Shown here: positions 31,695 to 40,596 of the stretch, piece by piece
Position numbering within the stretch: position 1 is the stretch's first letter
How the letters are laid out: each line of letters starts with the position of its first letter
DNA from: an uncultured Verrucomicrobiae bacterium
GTDB taxonomy: Bacteria > Verrucomicrobiota > Verrucomicrobiia > Limisphaerales > Palsa-1400
Length of the DNA stretch: 64,000 nucleotides
Direction of reading: 5' to 3'
NCBI GenBank assembly: GCA_963707025.1
Contig: CAVPOM010000012.1
Coordinates: 64,001 to 128,000, forward strand
Notes under the pieces: model-generated
Database searches by the model: none
Told to the model about the DNA's origin: nothing
Seen by the model: the letters and a program-made list of their open reading frames with translations, nothing else
Position numbers and translations under genes: made by a program

Positions 31695-31825
31695 TACAGG
31701 ATGACCACGGGGTCAGACAACTGGCTTTGGGACATTGCTGGGCTCGGGTTGATAACGGCCATCACAAGCACTGCATTCGCTTTCATCAACCAACCGCGAG
31801 AAAACCGGCCTTTTTAAACGGGCTG

Positions 31826-32335
31826 CTAGTCACCAACCGGACGCACCAAACAATTCGGGCCCAATTTCAAGCTCCCGTTTTTGTTAGCGTCGCCCCAGCA
31901 GGGGTCAATCGGAATAGTCCTGCCTTTAAACTCTCCGGTTAGAATCACGCCATATAAGGTATAGCCGCTTCCGTTATCTGCAAACCAGCGTGTCAGCTTC
32001 GCGCTCCGAAAGGTAGTTCCCTTTGGTAGCAAATGCAAATCTTCCCAATATTTCCCAGGATTGGATTTGAACATCGCGACCGTTATACTACTGTGGAAAA
32101 TGGATTGAGAATCATACTCAGGCGTAGCCTTGGTCGCCGCCAATGTGAGCTCAACGCCATTCAGCAGCGTATCTTGCCTTAAGGATAAAATCTCGCCCTT
32201 GTGCAATTCACCCCACCATGACGGGTCTGAGGTCACGTCATACGTGCGCATTCCGAATCCGGTAAACATACAACCACTCAACAAAGAGACTAGTATTACC
32301 AATAAGCAAACAACGCGCAGATTCTTCATATTCAT
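31826..32335 (-). CDS. lipoprotein, putative Rhs immunity protein
   Basis: lipobox LLSG-C; 6 bp downstream of the Rhs stop; low GC. Confidence 0.7.
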   Translation of the reverse strand: MNMKNLRVVCLLVILVSLLSGCMFTGFGMRTYDVTSDPSWWGELHKGEILSLRQDTLLNGVELTLAATKATPEYDSQSIFHSSITVAMFKSNPGKYWEDLHLLPKGTTFRSAKLTRWFADNGSGYTLYGVILTGEFKGRTIPIDPCWGDANKNGSLKLGPNCLVRPVGD

Positions 32336-32341
32336 CTTAGC

Positions 32342-34504
32342 TCAATTGTTGCCGTGAGCTAGATCTAAATTCAGGAGATGCATGGCAATATTGCATCCCT
32401 GGCTGTGACAGACCCAAAGGTAGTCATAACCGCTCGTCGGAGCCATCGCATTCTGAATTACGGACTCCAATGATGGCATTGCCTTACCAAGCGCCACATA
32501 CGGATTCCAGATCAATCGCTCGCCACCTCGCGTCGGCGGTGGAGCAGGGTTTGGCATGAGAGGAGTGGGATGGCCAAAAAACCCTTCAAAATTGTGATTC
32601 CAGATGAAAAAACTGCCTGGGTATACCGCATACACCGTGCCGTAAGTCCTCCAGTACTGATAATCTCCCTGAGAACCAAAGAAACCCTGATTCGGAACGG
32701 CATCGTAAGGGCTCCAATACACATCTACGGTAACATTGTTCGCGCAACAAGAAGGGACCAGCGGGGGGGTGTGGGTTTTTGGCGCAACCAGCAAAATGAG
32801 GATGTGCTTACCGCACAAGCCTTGCGTAACATTCTCGCTTGCCATTCTCGTGGCTTCGCCATCTAATAGTGATTGCGACCATGGCAGGGCAATGCAGATT
32901 GCGGTTGGGTCTACTCCAGGCCAATAATGCGGCCCCCATCCGGCACGGCTTCTCAAACTTGTCGCGGGATGCTCATTCACATGAGCCAATTTTCGAATTG
33001 CAACATCCACATAATCTCCGTAAGTATTCGGCGCATATGGATCTGAGTTCCAATTTTCTATTCCAGAGAAGGTCCAGAGCGCAGTAAAGCCACGGCCGTC
33101 AATGGCTATCGTCGCTGCATTGTCGACAAAACCGTATATATTCAGACCACCTTGTTCACCGACCGGGTCCCGGCTCAACCATCTTCCGGTGGAGGGGTTG
33201 TAATATCTGCAACCGTAATAATAAAATCCGGATTCCGAATCGCGATATTTGGTTGAGAATAGGAATGGATTGTTCAGCGCCATCGGGCCTGTGGCGCGAA
33301 TGAGTTCGCCAAAGGCCCCGTACTCATATTGCGCCGCGATGCTTCCGTTCCCTGCATTCACCGACGCCGTGACGTTGCCGTTCCCGTCATAACAATAGAA
33401 ATACGTCCCCGCATTCGCCCCGCCATAAACCCTCATCGAAAGCAATCCTCCTACTCCGCCTGCCCCTTGCGGCGAACCGCTCAGGTCCAGCCCCCATACG
33501 AACGAATAGAGCAGGTTGTCCCCGCCGTCCAATATCGCCACCACATTCCAGCCGTCATAAACAAATCTGTTTGTGTAAGAATAAACCCACCCGCTTCCAT
33601 TGTTGGTCGAGACAATCTTCTGGATACGCCGGCCCATGTAATCATACGTGAAATTCAGTTCGAGCAAGGACGCGACCGGGCCGCTCAGGCTGGTCATGTT
33701 GGTCAGCCGGTTCTCGGCGTCCCAGCCATAGCTCCAGCGGCCGTCGGACAGCAGGTTGCCATCCGCGTCGTAACTGTAGCTTTCCGGCGTCTGCGGCACG
33801 AAAACATGGCCGATGTTGGTCGTGCCATATTCGGCGTTGGTCCCATACCCATTGGTCAACGCCGCCAAGGTCGTCACCGTTTGATAAACCGCGCCGGGGC
33901 CGTTGGTGATGGGCAGTTGCAGCCAGAAGTAATTGGTTTTTCGGTAGGTCGGGGTTTGGTCCACCCACACCGCTGCCGTATTGGTTGCGCTGCCGATCAC
34001 GTCCACCGCTCCCGGCACCGTGCGGCCCGTGTATTCGTTCAAATTGTTGGCAGTGTAGCCGGCCAGGCGCTGGTTGGCCCCGTTTTGATCGCCCCCGGCG
34101 AGCGTCATCCGCCGGTTGCCGATGGTGTCGAAGCCGTACCCAAACTGCTGCCCCGCCACCACCGAGTTGTCTCCCCACCGCTTCACCGCGTTGGTCACCT
34201 GGCCCAGCGAATCATACCCATACGTCCAATACGTATTGTCCACCGCCGTCACCGCCGTCCGCTGGTTGGCCGCGTTGTATTGATACTGATAATTCACCAC
34301 GGACATCCCGGAGGCCGCCGAGGAAATCGCCGTCAACCGGTTCAAATAATCGTAACTGTTGCTCGTCGTCATCACCGTCGTGGCGTTGCTCGCAAACGTA
34401 ATGTGGTCCACCAAAGGCGAATTGGCAAGATACGAATACGTGGCAGAATTGGTCCCGTCCGAGACGGTGGAAAGGCGACGGTTGATCGGAATCGTGTTCA
34501 TGCA
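32342..34504 (-). pseudogene. rhs: orphan Rhs module: partial YD-repeat core, Rhs-associated core and C-terminal toxin; 5' end cut at the REP repeat
   Basis: YD repeats; YEYGAFGE, FSTKYRDSESGFYYYGCRYYNPSTGRWLSRDP, IDGRG; toxin tip contains CHSQG. Confidence 0.88.
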
Positions 34505-35516
34505 GGTGTCAGTCCTTACTATTGACACAAGGTTATTTGGAGGGCTCTTTTTCATGCAACAAGTTGGACACGTAGGTCCAACGGCCCATGTGCAACCGCC
34601 GCGCAATCCATTGCAAGGTCCTGGTTGTTTCCTGACGCAAGCGTCGCGCCAGCTTCACCTTCTCTTTATCACCTTTGGGCCGCCCGGACAATTCCAGTTC
34701 TTTCCAACCCAGCTCCTGCAATCCTGCTCTCACGATCCTTTGCGCTTTTTCCTCGTCCCTTTCCTGCCGGTCGGCGCTGTAATGGCTCGGCCCCGCTCGC
34801 ACCCCGGCGCTCTGCCGCAGTTCCCGCCGAAATTCCTCGTCGCCCAGACACCAACCACGCCGGATGGGGCCGTAGTCCGCCTCGGCCTCCTCCCTTCCCC
34901 GTTGCTCCATCAACCGCCCAAACTCTCTCCGCCCTGCCAGGCTGTCCCGCGGTATCCTTTTCTCCCCAAGCAATCGGTCCACCCGCAACCAGGACGGACG
35001 TTGACGGGCAGGCCTCACATAGTCTGCGTAACTGCTCCAGCGAAAACCTTCCAGGGCCGCCCCGGCCTTGATCAACCCGGCCCGCCTTGGATTCAAATGC
35101 ACGTAGTCGCAAACCGCCGCCAAATAGCCCTTGCCGCTGCCGTCCACGATCAAAGCCTTGTAGCGCCCCCCAAAAAAGTGCCCGCAGACTTTATGGCGAA
35201 TGTTGAAACGCTTGGTGTAAACTCCCAGCAGCCATTTCATTCCCACCACCAGGTTGGGCTCTGGCGTCTCCATCACCAGATGAAAATGGTTGCGCATCAG
35301 ACAATAGGCATGAACCTGCCAGCCCGTCTTTTGACAGACCTCGCCCAGGGCGGCGAGAAATCGTTCCCGATCTTTCTCATCCCGAAAAATATCCTCCCGC
35401 CGATCCCCGCGATTCATCACATGATAAATCGCTCCAGCGTATTCCATGCGCAGAGGTCGTGGCATGACGGCATCCTACCACAGCCCGCGCTAGTGTCAAT
35501 AGTTAGGACTGACACC
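34505..35516 (-). mobile_element. REP-flanked HUH tyrosine transposase element with 24-bp inverted ends
   Basis: GGTGTCAGTCCTWACTATTGACAC at 34505-34528 and its reverse complement at 35493-35516; each end is itself palindromic (GTGTCA...TGACAC). Confidence 0.85.
34533..35465 (-). CDS. REP-associated tyrosine transposase (RAYT-like, Y1_Tnp) with C-terminal HTH
   Basis: MPRPLR, YHVMNRG, YCLMRNHFHL (HUH), YVHLNP, WSSY. Confidence 0.9.
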   Translation of the reverse strand: MPRPLRMEYAGAIYHVMNRGDRREDIFRDEKDRERFLAALGEVCQKTGWQVHAYCLMRNHFHLVMETPEPNLVVGMKWLLGVYTKRFNIRHKVCGHFFGGRYKALIVDGSGKGYLAAVCDYVHLNPRRAGLIKAGAALEGFRWSSYADYVRPARQRPSWLRVDRLLGEKRIPRDSLAGRREFGRLMEQRGREEAEADYGPIRRGWCLGDEEFRRELRQSAGVRAGPSHYSADRQERDEEKAQRIVRAGLQELGWKELELSGRPKGDKEKVKLARRLRQETTRTLQWIARRLHMGRWTYVSNLLHEKEPSK

Positions 35517-35518
35517 GG

Positions 35519-35634
35519 TATATTTGCATTATTGTGTCCATTCATTCGTGCTTTTTCTCTCTTGAGGGTTGGTGCTCAAAGTGTTCCGGGTTGCAAGTGC
35601 AAAAACGCGCAAATATATGGTTTGACCCCTTTGA
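35519..35634. repeat. REPIN/MITE-like element B, left-truncated copy
   Basis: nearly identical to 37936-38051. Confidence 0.85.
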
Positions 35635-36004
35635 CGATCAAAGCCTTGTAGCGCCCCCCAAAAAGGTGCCCGCAGACTTTATGGCGAATGTTGAAACGCT
35701 TGGTGTAAACTCCCAGCAGCCATTTCATTCCCACCACCAGGTTGGGCTCTGGCGTCTCCATCACCAGATGAAAATGGTTGCGCATCAGACAATAGGCATG
35801 AACCTGCCAGCCCGTCTTTTGACAGACCTCGCCCAGGGCGGCGAGAAATCGTTCCCGATCTTTCTCATCCCGAAAAATATCCTCCCGCCGATCCCCGCGA
35901 TTCATCACATGATAAATCGCTCCAGCGTATTCCATGCGCAGAGGTCGTGGCATGACGGCATCCTACCACAGCCCGCGCTAGTGTCAATAGTTAGGACTGA
36001 CACC
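35634..36004 (-). pseudogene. duplicate 5' part of the RAYT gene with its upstream REP end
   Basis: nearly identical to 35146-35516; REP at 35981-36004. Confidence 0.9.
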
Positions 36005-36200
36005 GCCACACCGGCACACATGACCGAGGGGAATCGTTCAACGGCTGGCCGATATGGGCGGTGCCCGCTTCGTTCGGCGAAGAGGTGGCTTCCACGCCAT
36101 TGAGTCCTGAAATTGTGCGCGAAGGTGAGGAAAGAGCGCGGGAATTGAGGTTGTACGCGGCCCGTCTCGAAGTGCTGGATGGCCGTAATTTGGACAGAAT

Positions 36201-37487
36201 CTATGGCGATTGATTCGGGGTTAATCGGGCCGCGAAATGCCCGGCGAAATACCAATTTTTGGCGGTTCGCGCCAGATGTTCGTGGCCATGCGAGGTACTG
36301 ATGCTGAGGGATTTGATCTGCTTCGTCGTGGCGTCCATCTCGGCGACAGCAATTTGCATTCCCTCTCCCTTTGGCCACCAGTTGAAAAAGTAGCGGGCAA
36401 AGTAATTTGTCCCGAATTTCTGCGGTGGAACAATCTCGGGAACTTTCCTTAACTCGGGCACAAATTGGGTCCAGCCAACGCTATTGACGGTCTTTGTGAC
36501 GACGGCCAAAGCTTCGTTGGCAGACATTGTGACTGGCCCAAAGAACTGCTCTGGAGGTTTGTCCCCCGGCGCTTCATTCGGGGCGGACCACCGTACCGCG
36601 TCATGCGCGTCGAATTCAGTGACGCGACCGTGGCTGTAAACAAAGCGATCACCCGTCTTGAGATAGAAAAACGCTTTCGGATCGCCCTCAATAAGGCCGC
36701 AAACGTAACTTTGAGCAACCACGTCATTCGTTGTAAGTGGTAACTGGACGTTAAGGCCAGCCTTCGTTACAAAATCAGACGCTTGTGGCAGGATGGCCTC
36801 GAGGAATGCAAGTGCATAAGCGGGGCTTACCGGCTCTAGCTTGGTGCCACCCACGGGTTGCGACTTGGGAGCCAATTCAACGATAGGGGGACGAACCGCG
36901 AGCTTGGGATCGGGGCGGCGGGCGCTCCGGGTTTGTATCCCCAACATAAGAATTTGGCCGGTGGTTGCGTCAACCTCAACAGCCGTTCGTTCGCGTGAGA
37001 ATCCTCCGGGCACGGTTGGCGCACCGGGGTCAAGCCACTCCACCAGATACCGAGCAACCTGCTTTCCCTCGCTACGCGGTGGGGGCGTTATCTTTGCTGG
37101 ATGGTCGAGATGCAATTCTGCGTCGGCATAGCCAAGCCTCCTGAGTGCCAGGTGCGCGATCTTTTCCGCCTGTTCCTTTTTGATTTTCACTTCGCCGTAG
37201 AATTCCCGAATGCGCTCGGGTTCTTGAAGCGAATAATAACTCGAGGGAGACCGATACAGAACGACAGCGCCTTGGTCGAAAGTGAATGAATAATCATTCG
37301 TCAGGATTACACGCCCGCCAACGTGATCCGATCTTGGTGAGCAACCAAAGCTTCCAACTTGGGAAATTGTAACTGGGTGTCCCGTCGGTAAATCCAGCGT
37401 TTTGGCGAAATCGGATATATGCGGGAGAATGGCGGCCAAAACCGCGTTGGAATAGGCCGCCGTGACTTGGAGAATTTCAAAGGGCAT
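36201..37487 (-). CDS. hypothetical protein with two internal homologous domains (possible frameshift near the C-terminus)
   Basis: AYSNAVLAAILPHISDFAKTLDLP vs AYALAFLEAILPQASDFVTKAGLN; EFYGEVKI vs QFFGPVTM; ARYLVEW vs ARYFFNW; AVEVDATT vs VAEMDATT. Confidence 0.65.
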   Translation of the reverse strand: MPFEILQVTAAYSNAVLAAILPHISDFAKTLDLPTGHPVTISQVGSFGCSPRSDHVGGRVILTNDYSFTFDQGAVVLYRSPSSYYSLQEPERIREFYGEVKIKKEQAEKIAHLALRRLGYADAELHLDHPAKITPPPRSEGKQVARYLVEWLDPGAPTVPGGFSRERTAVEVDATTGQILMLGIQTRSARRPDPKLAVRPPIVELAPKSQPVGGTKLEPVSPAYALAFLEAILPQASDFVTKAGLNVQLPLTTNDVVAQSYVCGLIEGDPKAFFYLKTGDRFVYSHGRVTEFDAHDAVRWSAPNEAPGDKPPEQFFGPVTMSANEALAVVTKTVNSVGWTQFVPELRKVPEIVPPQKFGTNYFARYFFNWWPKGEGMQIAVAEMDATTKQIKSLSISTSHGHEHLARTAKNWYFAGHFAARLTPNQSP

Positions 37488-37549
37488 AAAAATCAGGTGG
37501 GTCGCTAAATGCGCTGATAAACTCCGCGCGTTTGCCCACTTGGCACGGT

Positions 37550-37849
37550 TTACGGCCAATTGCCTCGGTAGTTATACTGATCAATGTGAAGATATGGGTA
37601 TCCGTACAGCTTCAACGCTGCACCGGGCTGCGAGGACATACTCCACCCGCTAATTAAGGGCAAGTCAAGCATCGCCTGAGCCATTGCAGAAGATACATCC
37701 CAGCCCATAGCGTTACTGTCCCAATAAAACAGGAAATTGTAGTAGAGATACGGAACTTGCCACGGAATCGTACCGTCGAATACTTCACCGTTCATTGTCA
37801 CCTGGCCTTCATTGGCAAAATAACTCTTCCCGTGGTTTCCCACAGTGCA
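37550..37849 (-). pseudogene. C-terminal gene fragment cut at a REP end (possible toxin tip)
   Basis: open frame from the REP junction to the stop at 37550; low GC; no native start. Confidence 0.45.
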
Positions 37850-37917
37850 GGTGTCAGTCCTAACTATTGACACAAGGTTATTTGGAGGGCTCTTTTTCAT
37901 GCAACAAGTTGGACACG
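37850..37917 (-). mobile_element. REP end plus the last codons of the RAYT gene
   Basis: matches 34505-34572. Confidence 0.85.
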
Positions 37918-37918
37918 A

Positions 37919-38051
37919 TCAAAGGGGTCAAACCATATATTTGCATTATTGTGTTCATTCATTCGTGCTTTTTCTCTCTTGAAGGTTGGTGCTCAAAGTG
38001 TTCCGGGTTGCAAGTGCAAAAACGCGCAAATATATGGTTTGACCCCTTTGA
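37919..38051. mobile_element. REPIN/MITE-like element B, full copy with 26-bp perfect terminal inverted repeats
   Basis: TCAAAGGGGTCAAACCATATATTTGC ... GCAAATATATGGTTTGACCCCTTTGA. Confidence 0.85.
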
Positions 38052-38068
38052 CTTTGACTCCCTTCGAC

Positions 38069-39337
38069 TCACGCCTTCCAGGCGGCCAGGGCGGCGCGGT
38101 AAATCTCAGCCAGGGGCAGGTTCTTTTCCGCGGCCAGTTTTTTGCAGGACTCAAATTCCGGCGCGACCTGCGCCACGCCGCCATCCAGAAATCCCAGTTT
38201 CACCGTCACTTCGCCGTGGGGCGTGCGCACGACGCGAAATTCCCGGCGCAGCTTGCGGCGCTCCGCCTGGCTGCGGCGCACGCCAAAGGCGCTGGTGTGG
38301 CGCAGGATCATCTCGCTGAATTTGTCCGCCTCGCCCTCCGCGCACAGGACGCTGAGCAGCACGCCGGGGCGGTTTTTTTTCATTTGGATCGGGGCGTGGA
38401 AAACATCCAGGGCGCCGGCCGCCAGCGCCGCCTCCATGAAAGCGCCCAGGATCTCCGGGCTGGCGTCGTCCAGGTTGGTTTCCAAAACGGCGATGGTATC
38501 GCTCTCCCAATCCTGCGCGCCGGCTCCGGCGCTCTGGCCCAGGATGGCGCGCAGGACGTTGGGGCGGGTCTGGTTTTCGCGCGAGCCTGCGCCCAGGCCG
38601 ATCCTTTCCGCCGCCAGCCCCCGCATCGGTCCGAATTCCACGGCAAATTCCGCCAGCAGCGCCGCGCCGGTGGGGGTGATCAATTCATGCGGTTCGGCGC
38701 ACTGGGTCAGAGGGATGCGGCGCGCCGCCAGGATTTCCAGCGTAGCCGGCGCCGGAATGGGCAAACGCCCGTGCGCGCAATCAATCCAGCCCGTGCCCTC
38801 CACGGCCTCCCCGGCCAGGACGCGCGGCCGGCCCAGGATGTCCAGGGCCGCGCAGCCGCCCACGATGTCCACGATGGAATCCACCGCGCCGACCTCGTGG
38901 AAATGGACTTCGCCGGGGGGCAGCCCGTGGATTTTCCCTTCGGCCACAGCCACGCGCTGGAAAACGGCGAGGGCTTTTTGCTTGACCCACCCGGAAAGGC
39001 CGCTGGCCGAAATCAACTCCCGGATTCCGGAATACTTTCGGCTGGGTTCCTCTCCGTGTTCGTGGGCGTGTTCGTGCCCATGTTCGTGCCCATGCTCGTG
39101 CTCGTGCTCGTGGCCATGCTCGTGCCCATGCTCGTGGCCATGCCCGAGATGAACCTCAAATTTCACCCCGTCCATCTGGCCGCGCCTGGCCCGATGGGCA
39201 TGCAGGTGGTAGCCGCCCAGGGAAAGTTTGGCCAGTTCCTCTTCCACCTGGCGCAGTTCCACGCCCAAATCCAGCATGGCCCCCAGGAACATGTCGCCGC
39301 TGATCCCGCTGAAAATATCCAGATAGAGTGTTTTCAA
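38069..39337 (-). CDS. larC: nickel pincer cofactor biosynthesis protein LarC
   Basis: [11 protein letters not shown], His/Glu-rich tract, [36 protein letters not shown]. Confidence 0.93.
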   Translation of the reverse strand: MKTLYLDIFSGISGDMFLGAMLDLGVELRQVEEELAKLSLGGYHLHAHRARRGQMDGVKFEVHLGHGHEHGHEHGHEHEHEHGHEHGHEHAHEHGEEPSRKYSGIRELISASGLSGWVKQKALAVFQRVAVAEGKIHGLPPGEVHFHEVGAVDSIVDIVGGCAALDILGRPRVLAGEAVEGTGWIDCAHGRLPIPAPATLEILAARRIPLTQCAEPHELITPTGAALLAEFAVEFGPMRGLAAERIGLGAGSRENQTRPNVLRAILGQSAGAGAQDWESDTIAVLETNLDDASPEILGAFMEAALAAGALDVFHAPIQMKKNRPGVLLSVLCAEGEADKFSEMILRHTSAFGVRRSQAERRKLRREFRVVRTPHGEVTVKLGFLDGGVAQVAPEFESCKKLAAEKNLPLAEIYRAALAAWKA

Positions 39338-40107
39338 TCGTTGCGCCTCCGGGCCGGCCCAGCCAGTTCGTTAATCTGGCTGGCTGCATAACCCGCGCCA
39401 AAACCGTTGTCAATATTCACCACCGTCACGCCGCTGCCGCAACTGTTGAGCATGGCCAGCAAGGCGGCCAGCCCGCCAAAGCTGGCGCCATAGCCGACGC
39501 TGGTGGGCACGGCGATGACAGGCCGGCCGACCAGCCCGGCCACCACGCTGGGCAGCGCCCCTTCCATCCCCGCCACGACCACCAGCACCTGGGCGCGCTG
39601 GATCGCCTCCAGCCGTCCCAGCAACCGGTGCAAGCCCGCCACGCCCACATCATAAATCCTTTCCACCCGGTTGCCCATGATTTCCGCCGTCACCGCCGCC
39701 TCCTCCGCCACCGGAAAATCGCTCGTGCCGGCGCAGAGCACGGCGATCAGGCCCGGCCGCTTGGGGAGCGGATGTTTTTCCAGCGTGACGCACCGCGCCG
39801 CCTCATGGAAGACGGCCCGTTTGAATTTTTTGCGCACCGCCCCCGCCTGTTCGGGGGAGAGGCGCGTGATGAGAATCCGGCGCTCGCGTGCGGCCAGTTG
39901 GCCGGCGATTTGCACCACCTGCCGCGCCGTTTTTCCGGCCCCGTAAATGACTTCGGGGAATCCTTTGCGCAAGGCGCGGTGGGTGTCCACTCGGGCAAAG
40001 CCCAGATCGGCCACGGGCGCGGCCTGGAAAGCCCGCAGGGCGCGCCCGGCGCTGATCTTGCCCGCGCGAAAATCCTGCAAAAGCTGGCTGGCTTCGGCTG
40101 TCGTCAC
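39334..40107 (-). CDS. larB: nickel pincer cofactor biosynthesis protein LarB
   Basis: [54 protein letters not shown]. Confidence 0.93.
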   Translation of the reverse strand: MTTAEASQLLQDFRAGKISAGRALRAFQAAPVADLGFARVDTHRALRKGFPEVIYGAGKTARQVVQIAGQLAARERRILITRLSPEQAGAVRKKFKRAVFHEAARCVTLEKHPLPKRPGLIAVLCAGTSDFPVAEEAAVTAEIMGNRVERIYDVGVAGLHRLLGRLEAIQRAQVLVVVAGMEGALPSVVAGLVGRPVIAVPTSVGYGASFGGLAALLAMLNSCGSGVTVVNIDNGFGAGYAASQINELAGPARRRND

Positions 40108-40284
40108 AAGCAAGGAAATTACACCAACCCCCCGCCGGGTCACGCCCGAAAATCAGCCCGCCCCTTGTTCCCCGCTCCGTCTCAAGGGCCCAAACCACAA
40201 CTTTTCACCGTCGGTGGCGCGGCCCAATGGAGAGTTGCCCCGGTCGCGCCCTGCGAAATGTTATGGTTTGATAACTCAATATGA

Positions 40285-40401
40285 GACCTCTGCAAAACGC
40301 GCGTCCACGATTGTAGCGGCGGTCTGTGACCGCCGCAAACCAGCGGAAATAACGGTATGGCGACGGTCATAGACCGCCGCTACAGGCGTTTTGCTGAGGT
40401 C
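40285..40401. repeat. GTAG-type REP doublet family G1, full copy
   Basis: gacctc...tgtagcggcggtctgtgacc...agaccgccgctaca...gaggtc. Confidence 0.8.
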
Positions 40402-40596
40402 ACTATATGGTGGCGTTCATTTGGCGGCGCGGCAATCTGGCCCGGATTTGCTCGAGCATGGACGGCATGAAACGGAGTTTAGCAAACCAGACCGCACGAC
40501 GGCAAGCGCGCGTCCAACGGGGTTGTCCTCCAGGTTGCCATAAAGCTCGCCAACCGGGCTGGGATGGTCTATACCACTGAACGCCAGAGAATTTCC

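Noticed and set aside
34505..34606. Predicted Rhs N-terminus (MKKSPPNNLVSIVRTDT, also at 37850-37900)
   Set aside because: Read-through of the RAYT 3' end and REP, not native coding sequence
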